This document shows positions 44,714-55,777 of a DNA stretch of 58,121 bases, one piece after another. The notes under the pieces are model-generated. The model was not told where the DNA came from. It did not search any database and saw nothing but the letters and a program-made list of their open reading frames with translations. The position numbers were made by a program, and so were the translations under genes. The number at the start of each line of letters is the position of its first letter. Position 1 is the first letter of the stretch. This stretch comes from Clostridia bacterium (GTDB lineage Bacteria; Bacillota; Clostridia; Christensenellales; UBA3700), in assembly GCA_016287155.1 (NCBI GenBank), contig JAEEWC010000022.1, positions 1 to 58,121 of the forward strand, written 5' to 3'.

Positions 44714-45367
44714 TTATTTTGTCATCTTTTCTTGTTTAACCTTGTGGTCGATAACATGACGAGATGCAAGTTCATCGTGAATATCTTCAAGTGAGATTCC
44801 CATTTCAATCATTAGAACCATTACGTGATATGTTAAATCTGAGATTTCGTAGATTGTTTCAGCCTTATCGTTATTCTTTGCAGCAACGATAACTTCTGTA
44901 GATTCTTCACCTACTTTCTTTAGAATCTTATCTAATCCCTTTTCAAATAGGTATGTTGTGTATGAACCTTCTTTCTTTTCTGTTTTTCTTCCTCTGATTA
45001 ATTCAAGTAAACCTTGTAGAGAGAATTCGTGCTTATCTTCAGATTGATATACAACATTATCTGCAAAGCAAGATTCATTTCCTAAATGGCAAGCTGGACC
45101 ATCTTTTTCAACTAAGATTTCAAGAGCATCTTTATCGCAATCTGCAGTAATTGAAACGATGTGTTGGTAGTTACCACTTGTTTCGCCCTTTAACCATAAT
45201 TCTTGTCTTGATCTACTCCAAAAACAAGTTAATCCCTTCTCCATAGAAATCTTTAAACTCTCTTTGTTCATGTATGCTAGAGTTAATAATTTTTTAGACT
45301 TAGCGTCAATAACAATTGCAGGGATTAATCCTTTTTCATCAAATTTTAATTCATCAATATTTACCAT
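44714..45367 (-). CDS. hisIE: bifunctional phosphoribosyl-AMP cyclohydrolase / phosphoribosyl-ATP pyrophosphatase
   Basis: A HisI part ([21 protein letters not shown]) is fused to a HisE part ([12 protein letters not shown]...[12 protein letters not shown]). Confidence 0.95.
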   Translation of the reverse strand: MVNIDELKFDEKGLIPAIVIDAKSKKLLTLAYMNKESLKISMEKGLTCFWSRSRQELWLKGETSGNYQHIVSITADCDKDALEILVEKDGPACHLGNESCFADNVVYQSEDKHEFSLQGLLELIRGRKTEKKEGSYTTYLFEKGLDKILKKVGEESTEVIVAAKNNDKAETIYEISDLTYHVMVLMIEMGISLEDIHDELASRHVIDHKVKQEKMTK

Positions 45368-45375
45368 ATTTCACC

Positions 45376-46134
45376 TCATAAGCGAACGGATATTCCGCAA
45401 GCTCTTAATTCCTCTTTTAATTTATTAATTTCTACTTCTTTGAAATGGAAAATTGAAGCAGCAAGACCAGCATCTACCTTAGGTAGTTTTAAGAATAATT
45501 CTTTAAAATCGTCTATACATCCAGCACCGCCTGATGCAATAACTGGAACTGAAACAGCATTACATACAGCGTCTAACATTTCAAGGTCAAATCCTTTTTT
45601 AACACCATCTGTATCAATAGAATTTAATACTACTTCACCAGCACCATTGTCTACACATCTTTTAATCCAAAAGATAGCTTCCATTCCTGTGTTTTCTCTT
45701 CCGCCTTTAGCAAAAACTCTAAACACGCCATCTACTCTTTTAACGTCTGCTGAAATAACAACGCATTGGTTTCCATAAAGCTTAGCAGCTTCATAAACAA
45801 GGTTTGGATTTTTAATAGCACCAGAGTTTACAGATACTTTATCTGCACCACATTTTAATACTCTATCAAAATCGGCAACTGTATTAATACCACCACCAAC
45901 TGTTAGAGGAATAAATACTGACTTTGCTGTTTCGCAAAGGATATCAGTAAATAAAGATCTTTCCTCAACAGATGCTGAGATATCATAAAATACTAATTCA
46001 TCAGCGCCATTTGCTGAATAATATTTTGCAAGTTCAACAGGAGAAGAAACGTCATTAACATTTTTAAAGTTAACGCCTTTTACTACTCTTCCGTTTTTAA
46101 CATCTAAACAAGGTATAATTCTTTTTGTAATCAT
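45376..46134 (-). CDS. hisF: imidazole glycerol phosphate synthase cyclase subunit
   Basis: Motifs RIIPCLDV, DELVFYDI and IASGGAG. Confidence 0.95.
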   Translation of the reverse strand: MITKRIIPCLDVKNGRVVKGVNFKNVNDVSSPVELAKYYSANGADELVFYDISASVEERSLFTDILCETAKSVFIPLTVGGGINTVADFDRVLKCGADKVSVNSGAIKNPNLVYEAAKLYGNQCVVISADVKRVDGVFRVFAKGGRENTGMEAIFWIKRCVDNGAGEVVLNSIDTDGVKKGFDLEMLDAVCNAVSVPVIASGGAGCIDDFKELFLKLPKVDAGLAASIFHFKEVEINKLKEELRACGISVRL

Positions 46135-46844
46135 TTTGTTACCTCGATTGCTTCCTTTAAATCAACTGCGCCTACATAATATGCCTTACCTACAATTGCT
46201 CCATAAAGGTTGATTGAAGCTAAAGATAATAAATCATCTAGGCATGAAACTCCACCTGATGCCATAACATCAAAAGTGAAACTTTCTGATAGCTTTTTGT
46301 ACAATTCTACGTTTGGTCCTTTCATGGCTCCATCTTTAGAAATGTCAGTACATATAATAGTTTTTACACCAATATCCTGCAATTTCTTGCAAAAATCGAA
46401 TGCATCAAGCTTAGATTTTTCTAACCATCCCTTAACGGCGACAAAGCCATCTTTGATATCTACACCAACTGCGATTTTAGAACCATACTTCTTTACTGCT
46501 TCTTTTAAGAACTCTTCATTCTCAACAGCTATTGTTCCAAGTATTACTCTATCTAATCCTGCATTGATATATTTATCAATTGTTTCCATTGACCTAATTC
46601 CGCCGCCAATTTCGCAGAACAAATTGCTCTCTCGCTTAATTGCTTTAATTACATCAATATTTGGCGTAGTGCCGTCTTTAGCGCCCTCTAAATCAACAAG
46701 GTGAATGTTTGTTGATCCTAGTTCTTTAAACTTTAGGGCTACTTCAACTGGATTTTCAGAATAGATAGTCATTTGCTTATAGTCGCCTTGATATAATCTA
46801 ACTGCTTTTTTATCGTATAAATCTATTGCTGGAAATATTTGCAT
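46131..46844 (-). CDS. hisA: ProFAR isomerase
   Basis: Motifs IFPAIDL and HLVDLEGA. Start at MQIFPAIDL with GAGG upstream; the ORF track extends the frame to 46856. Confidence 0.95.
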   Translation of the reverse strand: MQIFPAIDLYDKKAVRLYQGDYKQMTIYSENPVEVALKFKELGSTNIHLVDLEGAKDGTTPNIDVIKAIKRESNLFCEIGGGIRSMETIDKYINAGLDRVILGTIAVENEEFLKEAVKKYGSKIAVGVDIKDGFVAVKGWLEKSKLDAFDFCKKLQDIGVKTIICTDISKDGAMKGPNVELYKKLSESFTFDVMASGGVSCLDDLLSLASINLYGAIVGKAYYVGAVDLKEAIEVTK

Positions 46845-46845
46845 T

Positions 46846-47454
46846 TTATACCTCACAGAAAGCTTTTAGAATTCTAAGGCCTACATCTCCACTCTTTTCT
46901 GGGTGGAATTGACATCCATATACATTCTTTGATTGAACTGCTGCAGTAAGAGGTGCTCCGTAGTTAGTTGTTGCTATTAAAGATTCATCACAATTTGTTG
47001 CATAGAATGAGTGTACGAAATACACATAATCGCCTCCTTTAATGTATTTAAAGATTGGTGATTCATTCTTGAAATCTAAAGCATTCCAACCAATTTGTGG
47101 GATTTTGAAATCTTTAGGGATTACATCCTTGATTGGTCTTACTTCGCCCTTTATTAATCCTAGTCCTTCGAAACATCCATTTTCATAGCTTCTATCAAAT
47201 AGCATTTGCATGCCAAGACAAATACCCATGATTGGTGTTCCTTTCTTTGCACATTCTTTTAATACGACATCAAGTCCTGATTCTCTTAATTTTCTACTTG
47301 CATCTTCAAATGCACCAACGCCAGGCAAAATGATTCTATCTGCATTTAAGATGACATCTTTATTAGAAGATACAATTGCTTCAACGTTAATTGCAGCAAA
47401 AGAACTCTTTAGAGAAAATAAATTACCTACGCCGTAATCTATAATTACTAACAT
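46846..47454 (-). CDS. hisH: imidazole glycerol phosphate synthase glutaminase subunit
   Basis: GICLGMQ holds the catalytic Cys. QFHPEKS is also present. Confidence 0.95.
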   Translation of the reverse strand: MLVIIDYGVGNLFSLKSSFAAINVEAIVSSNKDVILNADRIILPGVGAFEDASRKLRESGLDVVLKECAKKGTPIMGICLGMQMLFDRSYENGCFEGLGLIKGEVRPIKDVIPKDFKIPQIGWNALDFKNESPIFKYIKGGDYVYFVHSFYATNCDESLIATTNYGAPLTAAVQSKNVYGCQFHPEKSGDVGLRILKAFCEV

Positions 47455-48041
47455 TACAATACTCCCTTAGTAGATGGAACTTCGTTCTTGAAAGCTTCGT
47501 CAATCTTTACAGCCTTTTGTAAAGTGTGTCCAACTGACTTATAAGCACCTTCAATAATGTGGTGTGTATTTGTACCGGCAAGCTTTTTAATATGTAGAGT
47601 GATATTTGCCTTTCTTACAAAGCCAAGCCAGAATTCTTCAACAAGTTCCGTATCGAAGTCTCCAACCTTCTTGGCTCTAAGTGGCATATCAAACCCTAAA
47701 TAGCTTCTTCCTGAAATATCTACAGCTGTCATGATTAATGATTCGTCCATTGGTAAAATTGTGTCTCCATAGCGTGTAATTCCCTTCTTGTCGCCAATAG
47801 CTTTATTGAAAGCTTCGCCAAGGGCAATACCAATATCTTCAACTGTGTGGTGATAATCTACATTTACATCACCTTTGCAATATACATCCAAGTCAAAACG
47901 TGCATGTTTTGCAAGTAGTGTTAGCATGTGATCTAAAAATCCACATCCTGTATCAATGTTTGACTTACCAACTCCGTCTAATTCAAGAGTTAACTTAATA
48001 TCTGTCTCTGCAGTTTTTCTTGCGATTGATGCACTTCTCAT
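47454..48041 (-). CDS. hisB: imidazoleglycerol-phosphate dehydratase
   Basis: Motifs DYHHTVEDIG and HHIIEG. Confidence 0.95.
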   Translation of the reverse strand: MRSASIARKTAETDIKLTLELDGVGKSNIDTGCGFLDHMLTLLAKHARFDLDVYCKGDVNVDYHHTVEDIGIALGEAFNKAIGDKKGITRYGDTILPMDESLIMTAVDISGRSYLGFDMPLRAKKVGDFDTELVEEFWLGFVRKANITLHIKKLAGTNTHHIIEGAYKSVGHTLQKAVKIDEAFKNEVPSTKGVL

Positions 48042-49102
48042 TTTGACTCCTCCATAATTGTCTTTAATGTGTTAATTAATATTTTCATTTCATCAATGCT
48101 TCCGATTGTAATACGTAAGAATTGATTTAATCTTTCTTTATTGAAATATCTTACTAATACGCCTTTTGCTTTAAGTGATTTGTATAGATATTCTCCTGAG
48201 AATTTTTCATTCTTTGTAAATACGAAATTTGCTTTTGAATTTAATGTTGTAAATCCTAATTTCTGTAGTTCTTGAATCGTCCATTCTCTATTTTCTTGAA
48301 TAACCTTACAATTTTTAATTGTATATTCATTATCTTCAATTGTACCAATACCAGCAGCCATTGTCATTCGATTAATGTTATATGGGTTTGTAGAATATCT
48401 CAATGTATTGATATCTTGGATTAATTTCTTGTTAGCAAATCCCATACCTAATCTTGCGCCAGCCATTGAACGAGATTTTGAGAATGTCTGAGTAACAAGT
48501 AGATTATCGTATTTTCTAATTAGCTTCACTGCACTTTGAGCACCAAAATCAACATATGCTTCATCTACAACAACGATGTTGTTTGGATTAGATGAGATAA
48601 TTCTTTCAATTTGATCTAGTGGTAAAGCAATACCTGTTGGAGCGTTTGGATTAGCAATAAAGATTGTTTTATTGATTCCAATATAATCTTCAACATTAAT
48701 CTCATAGTTTTCATTTAGTGGTATCTCAACATATGGAACCTTGTTAATTTTTGCATATACAGGATAGAATCCATATGTTATATCTGCAAAAGCTGCAGGC
48801 GTTTTTTGATCACAATATGCCATAAATGCAAAATTCAAGATTTCATCAGAACCATTAACGATTACTATTTCGTCTTTATCTAATTCATATAATGAAGCAA
48901 TTTTTTCTCTAAGTTCTGTGCAGTCTGGATCTGGATACAATTGTAACTTCTTTGCGGCATCTAATGCATATTCTTGAGCCTTTGTAGATGGCGCAAAAGG
49001 AGATTCATTTGTATTTAGTTTTATATACTTCATGTCTTTTGGTTGTTCGCCTGGGACATATGGTATTAAATCTGCAAATTTTTCACTAAAAAACTTACTC
49101 AT
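48038..49102 (-). CDS. hisC: histidinol-phosphate aminotransferase
   Basis: TFSKSRSMAGARLG holds the PLP Lys. Start at MSKFFSEKF; the ORF track extends the frame to 49129. Confidence 0.9.
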   Translation of the reverse strand: MSKFFSEKFADLIPYVPGEQPKDMKYIKLNTNESPFAPSTKAQEYALDAAKKLQLYPDPDCTELREKIASLYELDKDEIVIVNGSDEILNFAFMAYCDQKTPAAFADITYGFYPVYAKINKVPYVEIPLNENYEINVEDYIGINKTIFIANPNAPTGIALPLDQIERIISSNPNNIVVVDEAYVDFGAQSAVKLIRKYDNLLVTQTFSKSRSMAGARLGMGFANKKLIQDINTLRYSTNPYNINRMTMAAGIGTIEDNEYTIKNCKVIQENREWTIQELQKLGFTTLNSKANFVFTKNEKFSGEYLYKSLKAKGVLVRYFNKERLNQFLRITIGSIDEMKILINTLKTIMEESK

Positions 49103-49103
49103 A

Positions 49104-50378
49104 TTATTCCTCGAATCTAATTGTGGCACTCTTAGCGTGTCCTGTTAATCCTTCTAATGTTGCAAAATATGCTATATCATCTTTAACTTTAGATAGAGCT
49201 TCTTTTGTATAGTATGTGTATTGTGTCTTTTTAACAAAGTCATCACAAGATAATGGGCTTGAGAACTTTGCTGTACCAGATGTTGGTAATGTGTGGTTTG
49301 GCCCAGCTAGATAATCCCCTAGCGCTTCTGGACAATTTCTTCCCATGAAGATTGAACCAGCATTTTCAATTTTATCTAGATAAGCAAATGGATCATCTAC
49401 ACATAGCTCTAAGTGTTCTGGAGCGATTTCGTTTGCGATATCAATTACCTTTTGTAAATCATCAGCAACGATAATCTTACCGTTTGTATCAATAGATACA
49501 CGTGCAATATCTTCTCTATCTAACTTTTGTAGTTGGAATTCAATTTGTTGTTGAACGGCTCTTGCTAAATCCATTGAATCTGTAACTAATACTGCACTTG
49601 CCATTTGATCGTGTTCAGCTTGAGATAATAAATCTGCAGCTACATATTTTGGATTTGAATTACCATCAGATACAACCAAGATTTCACTAGGTCCTGCGAT
49701 CATATCAATAGATACTTTTCCAAATACTTGCTTTTTAGCTTCAGCTACAAATGCATTACCTGGTCCTACAATCTTATCTACCTTTGGTATGGTTTCAGTA
49801 CCATATGCTAAAGCAGCAATAGCTTGTGCACCACCAACTTTGAAAATCTTATCTACACCAGCAACATAAGCTGCGGCTAAGATAACAGGATTAACCTTAC
49901 CATCCTTCATTGGAGGTGTTACCATAACTACTTCTTTACATCCGGCAATCTTTGCTGGAATTGAATCCATTAAAACTGTAGATGGATAAGCAGCTTTACC
50001 ACCAGGTACATATAAACCAGCCTTTTCAATTGGTGTAACCTTTTGGCCGATTACTACTCCGTTTTCTTTCTTAATTTCAAATCCTTTTCTCAATTGTTTT
50101 TCATGATATTCGGCGATATTTGCTTTAGCAAGTTTTAGAACTTCGATGAATTTATTGTCTACTTTTGTTAAAGCTTCTTCAATTTCTTCTACAGTTACTT
50201 GTAAAGATTCTAATTGTACCTTATCGAACTTTTCTTCGTATTCAAGTAATGCTCTATCTCCGTTTTTCTTAACATTATCAATAATGTCAGATACGATTGT
50301 ATCTACCTTTGATAATCCTTCACATCTTGAGAAGATTTCTTCATTTTTTACTTCGCCATATTTTAATATCTTAATCAT
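49104..50378 (-). CDS. hisD: histidinol dehydrogenase
   Basis: Motifs LSQAEHDQ and GDYLAGPNHTLPT. Confidence 0.95.
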   Translation of the reverse strand: MIKILKYGEVKNEEIFSRCEGLSKVDTIVSDIIDNVKKNGDRALLEYEEKFDKVQLESLQVTVEEIEEALTKVDNKFIEVLKLAKANIAEYHEKQLRKGFEIKKENGVVIGQKVTPIEKAGLYVPGGKAAYPSTVLMDSIPAKIAGCKEVVMVTPPMKDGKVNPVILAAAYVAGVDKIFKVGGAQAIAALAYGTETIPKVDKIVGPGNAFVAEAKKQVFGKVSIDMIAGPSEILVVSDGNSNPKYVAADLLSQAEHDQMASAVLVTDSMDLARAVQQQIEFQLQKLDREDIARVSIDTNGKIIVADDLQKVIDIANEIAPEHLELCVDDPFAYLDKIENAGSIFMGRNCPEALGDYLAGPNHTLPTSGTAKFSSPLSCDDFVKKTQYTYYTKEALSKVKDDIAYFATLEGLTGHAKSATIRFEE

Positions 50379-51009
50379 TTTCAGCCTCGATTTGATTTGA
50401 TAATTCTTTTACTAATTTTTCTATTTGTTCATTTTTGAACTTAAAGCTTGTTTTGTTTGAAATTAATCTTGCGCTAATTGGAACGATTGTTTCGAATACT
50501 TCAAGATTATTTTCCTTTAATGTTGTTCCTGTTTCAACGATATCTACGATAACATCGCTTAACCCTAATATAGGAGCAATTTCAATAGAACCATTTAGAT
50601 GGATTATATCAATATCTCTACCTAATTTTGTATAGTAGTTCTTTGCGATATTTGTGAACTTTGTAGCTACCTTTAGTGTTTTCTGTGGATTGTCCTTATA
50701 ATCCTTTTTAGCAGCTACAGCCATTCTACATTTACCAATATTTAAATCTAAAAGTTCATATACTTCTGGTTCATATTCTAAAAGAATATCTTTACCAGCA
50801 ACACCAATATCTGCAGCTCCTCTTTCAACATAAATTGCAACGTCACTTGGCTTTACCCAGAAATATCTAACTTGAGTTTCTTCGTTTTCAAATATTAACT
50901 TTCTGTTTGTTTCTTTAATAGATGGACATTCAAATCCAGCCTTTTCAAACATTGCATATACTTTTTCACCAAGTCTTCCCTTTGGTAAGGCAACATTTAA
51001 ATAACTCAT
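50371..51009 (-). CDS. hisG: ATP phosphoribosyltransferase, short form
   Basis: 212 aa, lacking the C-terminal regulatory domain. Paired with hisZ. Confidence 0.95.
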   Translation of the reverse strand: MSYLNVALPKGRLGEKVYAMFEKAGFECPSIKETNRKLIFENEETQVRYFWVKPSDVAIYVERGAADIGVAGKDILLEYEPEVYELLDLNIGKCRMAVAAKKDYKDNPQKTLKVATKFTNIAKNYYTKLGRDIDIIHLNGSIEIAPILGLSDVIVDIVETGTTLKENNLEVFETIVPISARLISNKTSFKFKNEQIEKLVKELSNQIEAEND

Positions 51010-52112
51010 TACTCCTTACCTCCTTTTGTCATGTCTACTAATTTCTTGTATGTAATCTTTTCATAGTTCTCTCTTTGTGCGATAACACTTTCGCCTTCTT
51101 GGATGAACATATTAATCATATTGTTTAATTGCTTTAAATCTGTAGTCTTATCATAAACGATTAGGATATCTACATCATAAGCATTTTGAGAATCATCTAA
51201 ACATTCTAATTGATCTAGATATACGGCAAATCCGATAGCCTTTGCCTTCTTGCCCATCTTTTGCATTAATTTATCATATTGACCACCAGATAGAACGCCA
51301 TTTGGGACCCCTTCTACAAATCCCTTAAATACGATACCATTGTAATACTTAATAGTATTAACAACAGAAAAATCGATTCTTAGCATATCTTGTAATCCTT
51401 CTAATTCAAATACATTAACAATGTTTTCGAATTGTTCGATAGCCTTTATAGCAGTTTCTGATTTAAATAATTCTTTTAATTTTGGTAATACTTTAGCTGG
51501 TTTTCCGTATAGAGAAACAAGTGCCTTTAAATCATCAATAGTTTCTTTATCTACATTTGCTTCCTTTAGAATCTTTGTTAATTCAAAGATATTCTTCTCT
51601 CCTATGCACTTAATAACACTTGCTCTAATGTTTGAATCAACCTTATCTAAGATTTCAGCGATTAGAGAAATGTTTGAAATATCTAAAACTGACTTTTTAG
51701 AAATCTTCTTTAAAGACTTAGCAGCAAGTAGTAATACTTCGCAGATTGAATATTCATCAATATCTCCGATGCATTCAAGACCAACTTGCATGATTTCTTT
51801 AAATGAATCAGTACCCTTAGATACTCTATATACGTTTTCGTTGTAATATAACTTTTGAACGTATCCATCAATATCTTTAGCATTCTTGATAATAGATAAT
51901 GTAACGTCTGGCTTTAAGGCCATTAATTTACCATTTGTATCTGTAAATGTAATAACGTTATCTGAAATTAAGAAGTCCTTATTTGATACATACATATCAT
52001 ATTCTTCGAACTTGCTCATTTTAAATTGAGAATAACCATACTTCGCATATAAACTACGAAGGTTGAATATAATCTTCTCGTCACTCTTTAATACTTTCTC
52101 ATCAATATTCAT
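51009..52112 (-). CDS. hisZ: ATP phosphoribosyltransferase regulatory subunit (HisRS paralogue)
   Basis: 367-aa class-II aaRS-like core without an anticodon domain. Immediately upstream of the short hisG. Confidence 0.85.
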   Translation of the reverse strand: MNIDEKVLKSDEKIIFNLRSLYAKYGYSQFKMSKFEEYDMYVSNKDFLISDNVITFTDTNGKLMALKPDVTLSIIKNAKDIDGYVQKLYYNENVYRVSKGTDSFKEIMQVGLECIGDIDEYSICEVLLLAAKSLKKISKKSVLDISNISLIAEILDKVDSNIRASVIKCIGEKNIFELTKILKEANVDKETIDDLKALVSLYGKPAKVLPKLKELFKSETAIKAIEQFENIVNVFELEGLQDMLRIDFSVVNTIKYYNGIVFKGFVEGVPNGVLSGGQYDKLMQKMGKKAKAIGFAVYLDQLECLDDSQNAYDVDILIVYDKTTDLKQLNNMINMFIQEGESVIAQRENYEKITYKKLVDMTKGGKE

Positions 52113-52399
52113 TATTTATTCTCCTTTAACTTCTTAATAGCAAGCTTATATCCATCTGAATAATTTAAGCATTTAGACACACGTGAAATAGTAGCAGAAG
52201 AAATACCAATCTTTTTAGAAACGTTTTGATAATTCTCTCCACTATCCAACAAAATAGCAGCATCTAATCTTTGTGCCATATCTTGGATTTCTTTTATTGT
52301 GCAAAGATCTTCAAAGAACTTGTAGCACTCATCGACACTCTCTAATTTTAAAAATGTTTCAAATAATCTATCTATTGATTCTGAACGAATATCTACCAT
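52112..52399 (-). CDS. YerC/YecD TrpR-like DNA-binding protein (candidate histidine regulator)
   Basis: 95 aa. C-terminal HTH IGISSATISRVSKCL and the CTIKEIQDMAQRLD segment typical of YerC/YecD. First gene of the his operon. Its TAA stop overlaps the hisZ ATG. Confidence 0.75.
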   Translation of the reverse strand: MVDIRSESIDRLFETFLKLESVDECYKFFEDLCTIKEIQDMAQRLDAAILLDSGENYQNVSKKIGISSATISRVSKCLNYSDGYKLAIKKLKENK

Positions 52400-52433
52400 A
52401 AATTATTACCTCATTTCAATTTATTTCTTTATC

Positions 52434-52462
52434 AATTTAGCACTTTACTTTAATAAAGTCAA
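52434..52462 (-). promoter_or_regulatory. candidate his-operon promoter with overlapping palindrome
   Basis: Minus strand: TTGACT, 17 nt spacer, TAAATT. The palindrome ACTTTA-T-TAAAGT (52447..52459) overlaps the -35 box and the spacer. Confidence 0.5.
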
Positions 52463-52491
52463 ACAAAATATAGAAACAAATTATATAAATA

Positions 52492-52520
52492 TAAAAAAAG
52501 AACTAGTTTCCTAATTCTTT
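52492..52520 (-). terminator. intrinsic terminator after the 277-aa lipoprotein gene
   Basis: Minus strand: AGAATTAG-GAAA-CTAGTTCT (one G-U pair) followed by T7. Confidence 0.65.
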
Positions 52521-52548
52521 CCCCCATATTAATTATTTATCATATTGA

Positions 52549-53382
52549 TTAATTGTTTGAGATTATCATAGCAGGCACAAATCCACGATAAGTATACTGG
52601 ATTTTAGAATCTCCATTAATTGTTTGAATTGTTGTGTTTGATTTATTAGAGAATGTTCCTGTTAATGATACATAATAATTCTTCCCTTTAGATGGAGCTA
52701 TCCACCATGTAGAATATCCATAATCAGATACTTCAAGATTAATCTTTGCATAATCTGTTCCAGCTTTTAATACTTTAGATGCAGATGGATAAATAGATTG
52801 AATTTCATTCATTGTTAAGAAGAACATCTTTGTTGTAACATTTGCTCTTAAAGCAAGGCTATATTCGTAGCTTACTTTAGTATCTTTTATCTTTGCAGAT
52901 TCTTCTTCGCTAAAAATGAAGCCCTTTTCATCAATAATTGGCATTTGATCATCGAAATAATCGTGGAAATTATCATATCTTACGCTATATAGAATCTTTT
53001 GAGATACTAATAGTATATCTCCAGATTCTAATCTAAATGCGTCCCATACTATATCCTCAACTTTATAGTAAGAACCCTTCTTTAGCGCGTAATAATTTTT
53101 ATCTACACCAAGATAATAACCATTAGATTTTTTATCTTGTGATACGGCAATTGAACTATTAATTGTTTGTGGATATTTACCAAATTTAATAGGATCTAAA
53201 GAATCTAAAACTGAAATAGAAGTAATATTAAAGGTAGAATCTTCAGTTGAATCAATAGGGCCAGACATTACAGTCTTTGTAGTAGTTCTTTCTGTATTTT
53301 CAGTAGAACATGCAAAAAGCATACTAATAGACAGTATCAAAATCAAAACTATTGGGAAAATTAAAAACAGTTTTTTTCTCAT
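52549..53382 (-). CDS. hypothetical lipoprotein
   Basis: Signal peptide with lipobox MLFAC. No catalytic motif recognised. Confidence 0.6.
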   Translation of the reverse strand: MRKKLFLIFPIVLILILSISMLFACSTENTERTTTKTVMSGPIDSTEDSTFNITSISVLDSLDPIKFGKYPQTINSSIAVSQDKKSNGYYLGVDKNYYALKKGSYYKVEDIVWDAFRLESGDILLVSQKILYSVRYDNFHDYFDDQMPIIDEKGFIFSEEESAKIKDTKVSYEYSLALRANVTTKMFFLTMNEIQSIYPSASKVLKAGTDYAKINLEVSDYGYSTWWIAPSKGKNYYVSLTGTFSNKSNTTIQTINGDSKIQYTYRGFVPAMIISNN

Positions 53383-53533
53383 TCTACTACTACCTTACAA
53401 TTAATAAGATATTAGCCCAAGTTTAAGTGCACCTTAAATATATCATGCATTTTTCAATAATTTTTAATATAACAAAACAAAACTATACAAAACGTTCGGT
53501 TGTGGCAAAAAGCAAAGATTTTTTAGCAAAATA

Positions 53534-53574
53534 GAAAAAAATAATGACGCCGCTTGTCAAAAATCGACGTCATT
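53534..53574 (-). terminator. candidate terminator after argF
   Basis: Minus strand: AATGACG-18 nt loop-CGTCATT followed by ATTTTTTTC. Confidence 0.5.
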
Positions 53575-53612
53575 TTGCATATACGATTTTACACAAAATA
53601 CTTGACAGGTTT

Positions 53613-54602
53613 TTAATCCATCAAAGTTGCCGCCATTACAGCTTTAATTGTGTGCATTCTGTTTTCTGCTTCATCAAAAACGATTGATGCGCTTGATTCA
53701 AATACTTCATCTGTAACTTCCATTGCATCTAAACCAAACTTATTGTGAATCTCTTCCCCAATTGTTGTCTTTAGGTCATGGAATGCTGGAAGACAGTGCA
53801 TGAACTTACAAGTATCACCTGCATTTAGCATGATTTTCTTATTAACTTGATATGGTAATAAATCATGGATTCTTTCGTTCCATACTTCATCTGGTTCACC
53901 CATAGATACCCATACGTCTGTATAGATAACATCAGCGCCCTTTGTTGCTACCATAGGATCTTCTTCGAATTCTAAAATTGCTCCTGTTTTATCTGCTATC
54001 TTTTTGCACTTTTTAACTAAATCTTCGTTTTGGAAATATTTCTTTGGTGCACAAGATACGAAATGCATACCCATCTTAGCTGCGCCAACCATTAAAGAAT
54101 TACCCATGTTATATCTAGCATCTCCCATATATACAAGTTTGATGCCCTTTAGTTTTCCAAAGTGTTCCTTAATTGTCATAAAGTCAGCAAGGATTTGTGT
54201 TGGGTGGAATTCATTTGTTAAACCATTCCATACTGGGACTCCAGCATATTTATCTAATTCTTCAACGATTTCTTGACCGTATCCTCTATATTCAATACCG
54301 TCAAACATTCTTCCTAATACTCTAGCAGTATCAGCAATGCTTTCTTTCTTACCGATTTGTGAAGACTTTGGATCAAGATATACAGGATGCATACCTAAGT
54401 CTGCAGCAGCAACTTCAAAACTACATCTTGTTCTTGTCGATGTCTTTTCGAAAATAAGAGCAACATTCTTTCCTTCACAATATCTATGAGGAATGCCATT
54501 CTTCTTTTTGTTCTTCAAATCTTGCGCAAGATCAATTAAGTACTCAATTTCTTCTGGCGTAAAATCTAATAGCTTTAAAAAACTTTTACCTTTAAAGTTC
54601 AT
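53613..54602 (-). CDS. argF: ornithine carbamoyltransferase
   Basis: Motifs [15 protein letters not shown] and HCLP. Confidence 0.95.
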   Translation of the reverse strand: MNFKGKSFLKLLDFTPEEIEYLIDLAQDLKNKKKNGIPHRYCEGKNVALIFEKTSTRTRCSFEVAAADLGMHPVYLDPKSSQIGKKESIADTARVLGRMFDGIEYRGYGQEIVEELDKYAGVPVWNGLTNEFHPTQILADFMTIKEHFGKLKGIKLVYMGDARYNMGNSLMVGAAKMGMHFVSCAPKKYFQNEDLVKKCKKIADKTGAILEFEEDPMVATKGADVIYTDVWVSMGEPDEVWNERIHDLLPYQVNKKIMLNAGDTCKFMHCLPAFHDLKTTIGEEIHNKFGLDAMEVTDEVFESSASIVFDEAENRMHTIKAVMAATLMD

Positions 54603-54604
54603 AT

Positions 54605-55777
54605 CTACTCCTTAACAGCAGCGATGATTGTATCAACTGCCTTTTCAAGATCACTCATTTTAATATTAAGTGCTGGTAGTAATCTTAACTTAGTTTTGGC
54701 ACTTAATGCAAGCACTCCGTGCTCCATTAAATAAGATAATACTTCTTTTACTGGTTTTTTAGTCTCAACACCAAGCATTAATCCCATACCAGATACTGAT
54801 AAAATTCCATCTGCATTTTTTAACTTTTCGCATATGTAATTAGATTTTTGCTTAATTTCGTCTAAAAGTTCATCATTTATTCTAGAAATGATAGATATAG
54901 CACCAGCAGCAGCAATTGGGTTACCACCAAATGTTGAACCATGGTTTCCAGCACCTAATGTGTTTTGTGCTTTTTCACCAATTAGACAAGCGCCCATTGG
55001 AAGTCCACCTGCCAATCCTTTTGCTGTTGTTATAACGTCTGGCATAATATCATAATTCATATAAGCATATAACTTACCTGTTCTACCATTACCAGTTTGT
55101 ACTTCGTCAATTACAAGTAATATATCCTTTTCTTGGCATAGTTTATAAACGCCTTGAATAAAGTCTTTATTTAGGGCTATAACGCCGCCTTCACCTTGAA
55201 TGCATTCCATCATTATGGCGCATACTGTATTGTTCTCTACTAAATCAATAATAGATTGTAGGTTGTTAGCTTCGCCATATAAAAATCCTTCTGTTAAAGG
55301 TAAGAAGTCCTTATGGAATACATCTTGTCCAGTAGCAGCAAGTGTTGTTAGAGTTCTTCCATGGAATGAATTTTTTAAAGTAATAATCTTTGCTCCATGA
55401 ATACCCTTGTCTTCAGCATACTTTCTTGCAACCTTGATTGCGCATTCGTTTGCTTCAGCACCAGAGTTTCCAAAGAAAACTTTCTTAAATCCTGTCTTTT
55501 CACATAGAAGCTTAGCTAGATTAGCACAAGGTTCTGTGTAATATAAATTTGAAGCATGTTGAATTTTATTCAATTGTGCGATAACTGCATTTTTCCATTC
55601 TTCATCTTGAATACCAAAAGCAGTAACACCAATACCAGAACCAAGGTCAATATATTCCTTGCCGTTATTATCCTTTATAATAGAACCATTTCCAGAGACT
55701 AAATCTACTGGAAAACGGTTGTAAGTATTTGCTACATATGTTTTATCTATATCAAATATATTAGACATGTTTTTCAC
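54605..55777 (-). CDS. argD: acetylornithine aminotransferase
   Basis: Class-III aminotransferase motif [15 protein letters not shown] Lys in TTAKGL. Confidence 0.9.
   Translation of the reverse strand: MKNMSNIFDIDKTYVANTYNRFPVDLVSGNGSIIKDNNGKEYIDLGSGIGVTAFGIQDEEWKNAVIAQLNKIQHASNLYYTEPCANLAKLLCEKTGFKKVFFGNSGAEANECAIKVARKYAEDKGIHGAKIITLKNSFHGRTLTTLAATGQDVFHKDFLPLTEGFLYGEANNLQSIIDLVENNTVCAIMMECIQGEGGVIALNKDFIQGVYKLCQEKDILLVIDEVQTGNGRTGKLYAYMNYDIMPDVITTAKGLAGGLPMGACLIGEKAQNTLGAGNHGSTFGGNPIAAAGAISIISRINDELLDEIKQKSNYICEKLKNADGILSVSGMGLMLGVETKKPVKEVLSYLMEHGVLALSAKTKLRLLPALNIKMSDLEKAVDTIIAAVKE

Noticed and set aside
52400-52491. T-box or other riboswitch leader upstream of the his operon
   Set aside because: Only ~90 nt separate the upstream terminator from the first ORF, most of it taken up by the promoter. 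That is too short for a T-box, and no specifier or T-box sequence was seen.
53383-53612. Possible small RNA or tRNA in the 230-nt argF / lipoprotein intergenic region
   Set aside because: The region is uniformly AT-rich apart from the terminator hairpin. There are no cloverleaf-compatible stems and no conserved-looking structure.
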